The notes under the pieces: model-generated
Databases searched by the model: none
What the model saw: the letters and a program-made list of their open reading frames with translations, nothing else
Told to the model about the DNA's origin: nothing
Made by a program: the position numbers and the translations under genes
Shown here: piece after piece, positions 60,993 to 64,000 of the stretch
Position numbering within the stretch: position 1 is the stretch's first letter
Layout of the letters: each line of letters begins with the position of its first letter
Source: Psilocybe cubensis
Taxonomy: Eukaryota
Length of the DNA stretch: 64,000 nt
NCBI GenBank assembly: GCA_017499595.2
Contig: CM039005.1
Location: 434,001-498,000 of the forward strand
Direction: 5' to 3'

Positions 60993-63057
60993 ATGATTTC
61001 TTCTTCACATCCAAAGAACTCACGTATCATAGATACTTTCACGGTGGAGTCTAACGACGTTGAGAAGAAAGGGGAGGTCGTAGTATCAGTTCAGACAGCA
61101 CCTACTAGCGCTTTGGTATTTCCGGAAGGCGGGAGACAGGCATGGTTATCACTCATAGGAGCGTAAGCATAGAAGATGGAAAATTGTACAGATTAATTGA
61201 CTTACTCCACTATTCTATCTAGATTTTTAGTCCAATACGTTACATTTGGGTTGTTATCTCTTTCACGTCTACTCAAGTTATACTATTCTGATTTTTCTTT
61301 GCTTAGCTACATTGGTGCCTTTGGTGTATATCAGGATTTCTACGTCCGTGAATATCTCACGGAGCATACACCAAGCGAAATCGGGTGAGCTTATTCGTAC
61401 ATTTCTTGCTCTATTTGGTCCTGATCAATGTATTAACATTAAAAGCTGGATTGGAGGGATACAAATCATGCTCACATTTTCTGCGGGTATTTTTGTTGGA
61501 AGGGCATTTGATCGCGGATACTTGTAAGCACTGGGCGCTTATTTCTTTCGAAAGGCTAACAATTCACCGACGAAGTTATCACCTTATGATATGTGGGGCT
61601 ATCATCCACGGATTAGCGAGTACTAATATCTCTCAGATAAAATGAGTATCAGATCAGCTGATGGGCGTGGCTAGTTTTCATGCTATCACTTTCTCATAAA
61701 GATTCATATTATCAAGTGTTTCTCACGAACGGTGTAATGATGGGGTTATCAGCTGGGATTTGTTATATTCCCAGTAAGCAATTTCAATCTGTTCAGACTG
61801 CTAATCATTCATGCTAACCAAAAACCTGACAGGCCTTGGAATTGGTACGCATTATTTCATGAAGAAAAGGTCCATGGCAATGGGCATAGCAACATCTGGA
61901 AGTGCTCTCGGTAATAGATTTTATACGTTTTGACGAACTTATATCTAACTTTTTCATAACTCACACAGGCTCTGTCTTGCATCCTATCATGCTGAACCAG
62001 TTTTTTGGTGGATCCATTGGCTTCCACAAAGGGGTCAGAATAAGCGGCGGCATCAACCTTGCATTGTTTGTCATCGCCATAATCATAATGCGTACCAGAC
62101 TCCCCCCAAAGAGCGCCCAAAAGTTCCCAATTTTATCTTGGATGAAAGAGCCCGCCTACCTAGCGCTGTTTATCGGGTATTTGTTCCTCCAGACTGAGCA
62201 TACATATCAAAATTGAATGAGCTTGACTAGATCATGGTTCGTCTTCTTGGGGCTTTTCTATCCCATATTTTATATACAGCTCTCAGCTATCAAACATGGG
62301 ATTGATCACACGTTTGCGTTTTACTCAGTAGGTTCTTTTCTCATTACGTTCACAAGGTGCTTATCAAATAATCAGCTCTCTATTCTCAATGGAGCAAGCG
62401 TTCTTGGACGAATACTTCCAGGCGTCCTTGCCCCTCGGCTAGGAGCGTACAATCTTCTTTCGTTCTGCGGGATTGTGGCGGGAGTTGTTGTTATATTTAT
62501 GGTCTTTGCTAACGACGTTACCTCTGTAACACTGGTTGCAATATTCTATGGCCTGTTTTCAGGATCCTCTATTGCGTTGGTTCCATCTGTTGTCGGTGAG
62601 TTGTCGCGTTGTACACTAAGTTAGTTCAAATCCATGGTAATATCATGAACTGCAGGAAGTCTATGTGCAAACATGAATGAGTTTGGAACAAGGATGGGGA
62701 TTATGTTCTTTTGTGCAGGTAAGCATACGATTCTAATCGGTTCCAACTACTTTCTGACGAAAAGGGATTAAAGGTATATTGGGTCTTTTCGGTGAGGAAT
62801 CCATGGTCTCATAGTCTGAAGTAAACTCAAAAGCATGGGTTCTAAAAATAGCGACTCCGATATCTGGTGCCTTGCTCACGAGCGATTACCATTGGATTAG
62901 AGCGGATCTCTTTTCGGGGGTGAGTAGTCATACTATGAATGTGACACTCTGTAAAATATAACTTGATCAACTTTAGATCTCGCTTATTGTTGCGGGGATA
63001 TTCTTTTTGATTTCTAGATATTTTGTATCCAAGCAGCGTAACACTCAAATTCTGTAG
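60993..63057 (+). CDS. MFS monocarboxylate-porter-family transporter (MCH-like), many exons
   Basis: FPEGGRQAWL, FGVYQDFY, WIGGIQ, GRAFDRG, R..AMGIATSGSALG, ILNGASVLGRILPG, GTRMG. Confidence 0.88.
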
Positions 63058-63113
63058 CAAATCTTCATTATACATTCAGTAAATTATGCGAACTTGTATA
63101 GCCTACTAAATCT

Positions 63114-64000
63114 TTATTCTAGCATCTTTTCTACTGGTACTATGACCAGCTCCGGAACGAGCACGTTTACCTCCCAGCGTTTGAACAGTAGGTCACCGAC
63201 CCAAATGTCTACATATACTAGAGACGGACTTGCTTTAAAAAGCGCTGCAACCTCGCTTTGGATTTCTTCTGACCGATATATTTTTTCGACAACAGTGGGA
63301 TACGGAAACGGGACCTTGGAAACATCCGGCCTGATTATGAAACGCTTGAGACAAGGGAACTTCTTAGTTATGTTGATTAGCTAGCACATTCTATCAGTTT
63401 GCGAGTGGAACGAAGAATTTCTATACTCACATTTGACATAGCTTGATTGGTGCATATTTCCAAGACCTCCACATTCTGTAGCCTTCGTAAACCGTTCTGG
63501 AGCTGACTGGAGAATAGACGCGAAAGGGTTTCCATTGATATAGAAAGTCCTCTTATGCCTGATAATTCCTCAAGCTGAGAGGCATGAAAAAGTATATTGA
63601 AATACGACCATGGACGATGTGCACGCCACGGATACTCCCTCCAGTACAGTTTGCTGATTGAACGTCCAGGAAGGGCTGCGCATATGAGGTCGACGTCACC
63701 GTCCAAGGTGTGTAAGTCCGGTACAATGTCTGAAGGAATGTTTTGGTTAAGTTGGCAGCTCAGTTGGAGAAATTTGAGCTTGTGCTGAGTCCTGAGAAAT
63801 TGCGTGACACCGTCCTGACGATGGCGACCTTCGACTGCCCAAACAAATCTCTCCAACTGGAATGGTATTTCTTCACCCTCGCTTACTTGAGGAAACGGAT
63901 TCTCGGATTTGGCGAAAAGGCTGAGGTACACCAATTCCTTGAGATTAGTCATTTGCTTGATGCAGCAAAGAACAAGCTGCCAGCTAAGCGACCCATCCGA
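63114..64000 (-). CDS. Hypothetical protein, C-terminal part (LRR-like, probably F-box type); runs off window end
   Basis: ORF 63377-63952 with MTNLKEL, FQLERF, FLRTQHKLKFL, PDLHTL; last exon ends ...PSLVYVDIW..EKMLE* at 63114. Confidence 0.6.

Noticed and set aside
38663..63057. Tyrosinase + SDRs + MFS as a secondary-metabolite cluster
   Set aside because: No backbone enzyme in the window, and the genes are interspersed with housekeeping genes.

Overview
Intron-rich fungal DNA, most likely an agaricomycete (mushroom-forming basidiomycete), judged from the ~45-70 nt GT-AG introns, DUF6533-like membrane protein, F-box-like expansions and perilipin. Housekeeping genes: a Gbp2/Hrb1-like SR/RRM protein, MAM33, fatty-aldehyde dehydrogenase, tyrosinase, perilipin, an EXD1-like exonuclease, separase, two SDRs and an MFS transporter. 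They surround an accessory island at ~20-37.4 kb. The island holds six tandem paralogs of a ~200-aa acidic, non-secreted protein (plus a relic) set head-to-head with a secreted NucA/NucB-like nuclease that has a long basic tail, an arrangement resembling a toxin/immunity locus. The island is bracketed, in inverted orientation, by two homologous, T-skewed, apparently spliced but ORF-less elements sharing promoter and 3' motifs. A secreted M35-like HExxH protease with the same signal peptide + enzyme + basic tail design lies at 5.6-7.1 kb. Two non-autonomous TIR elements are present, one inserted exactly in a splice acceptor. All family calls come from motif recognition by eye, and exon boundaries are manual and approximate.
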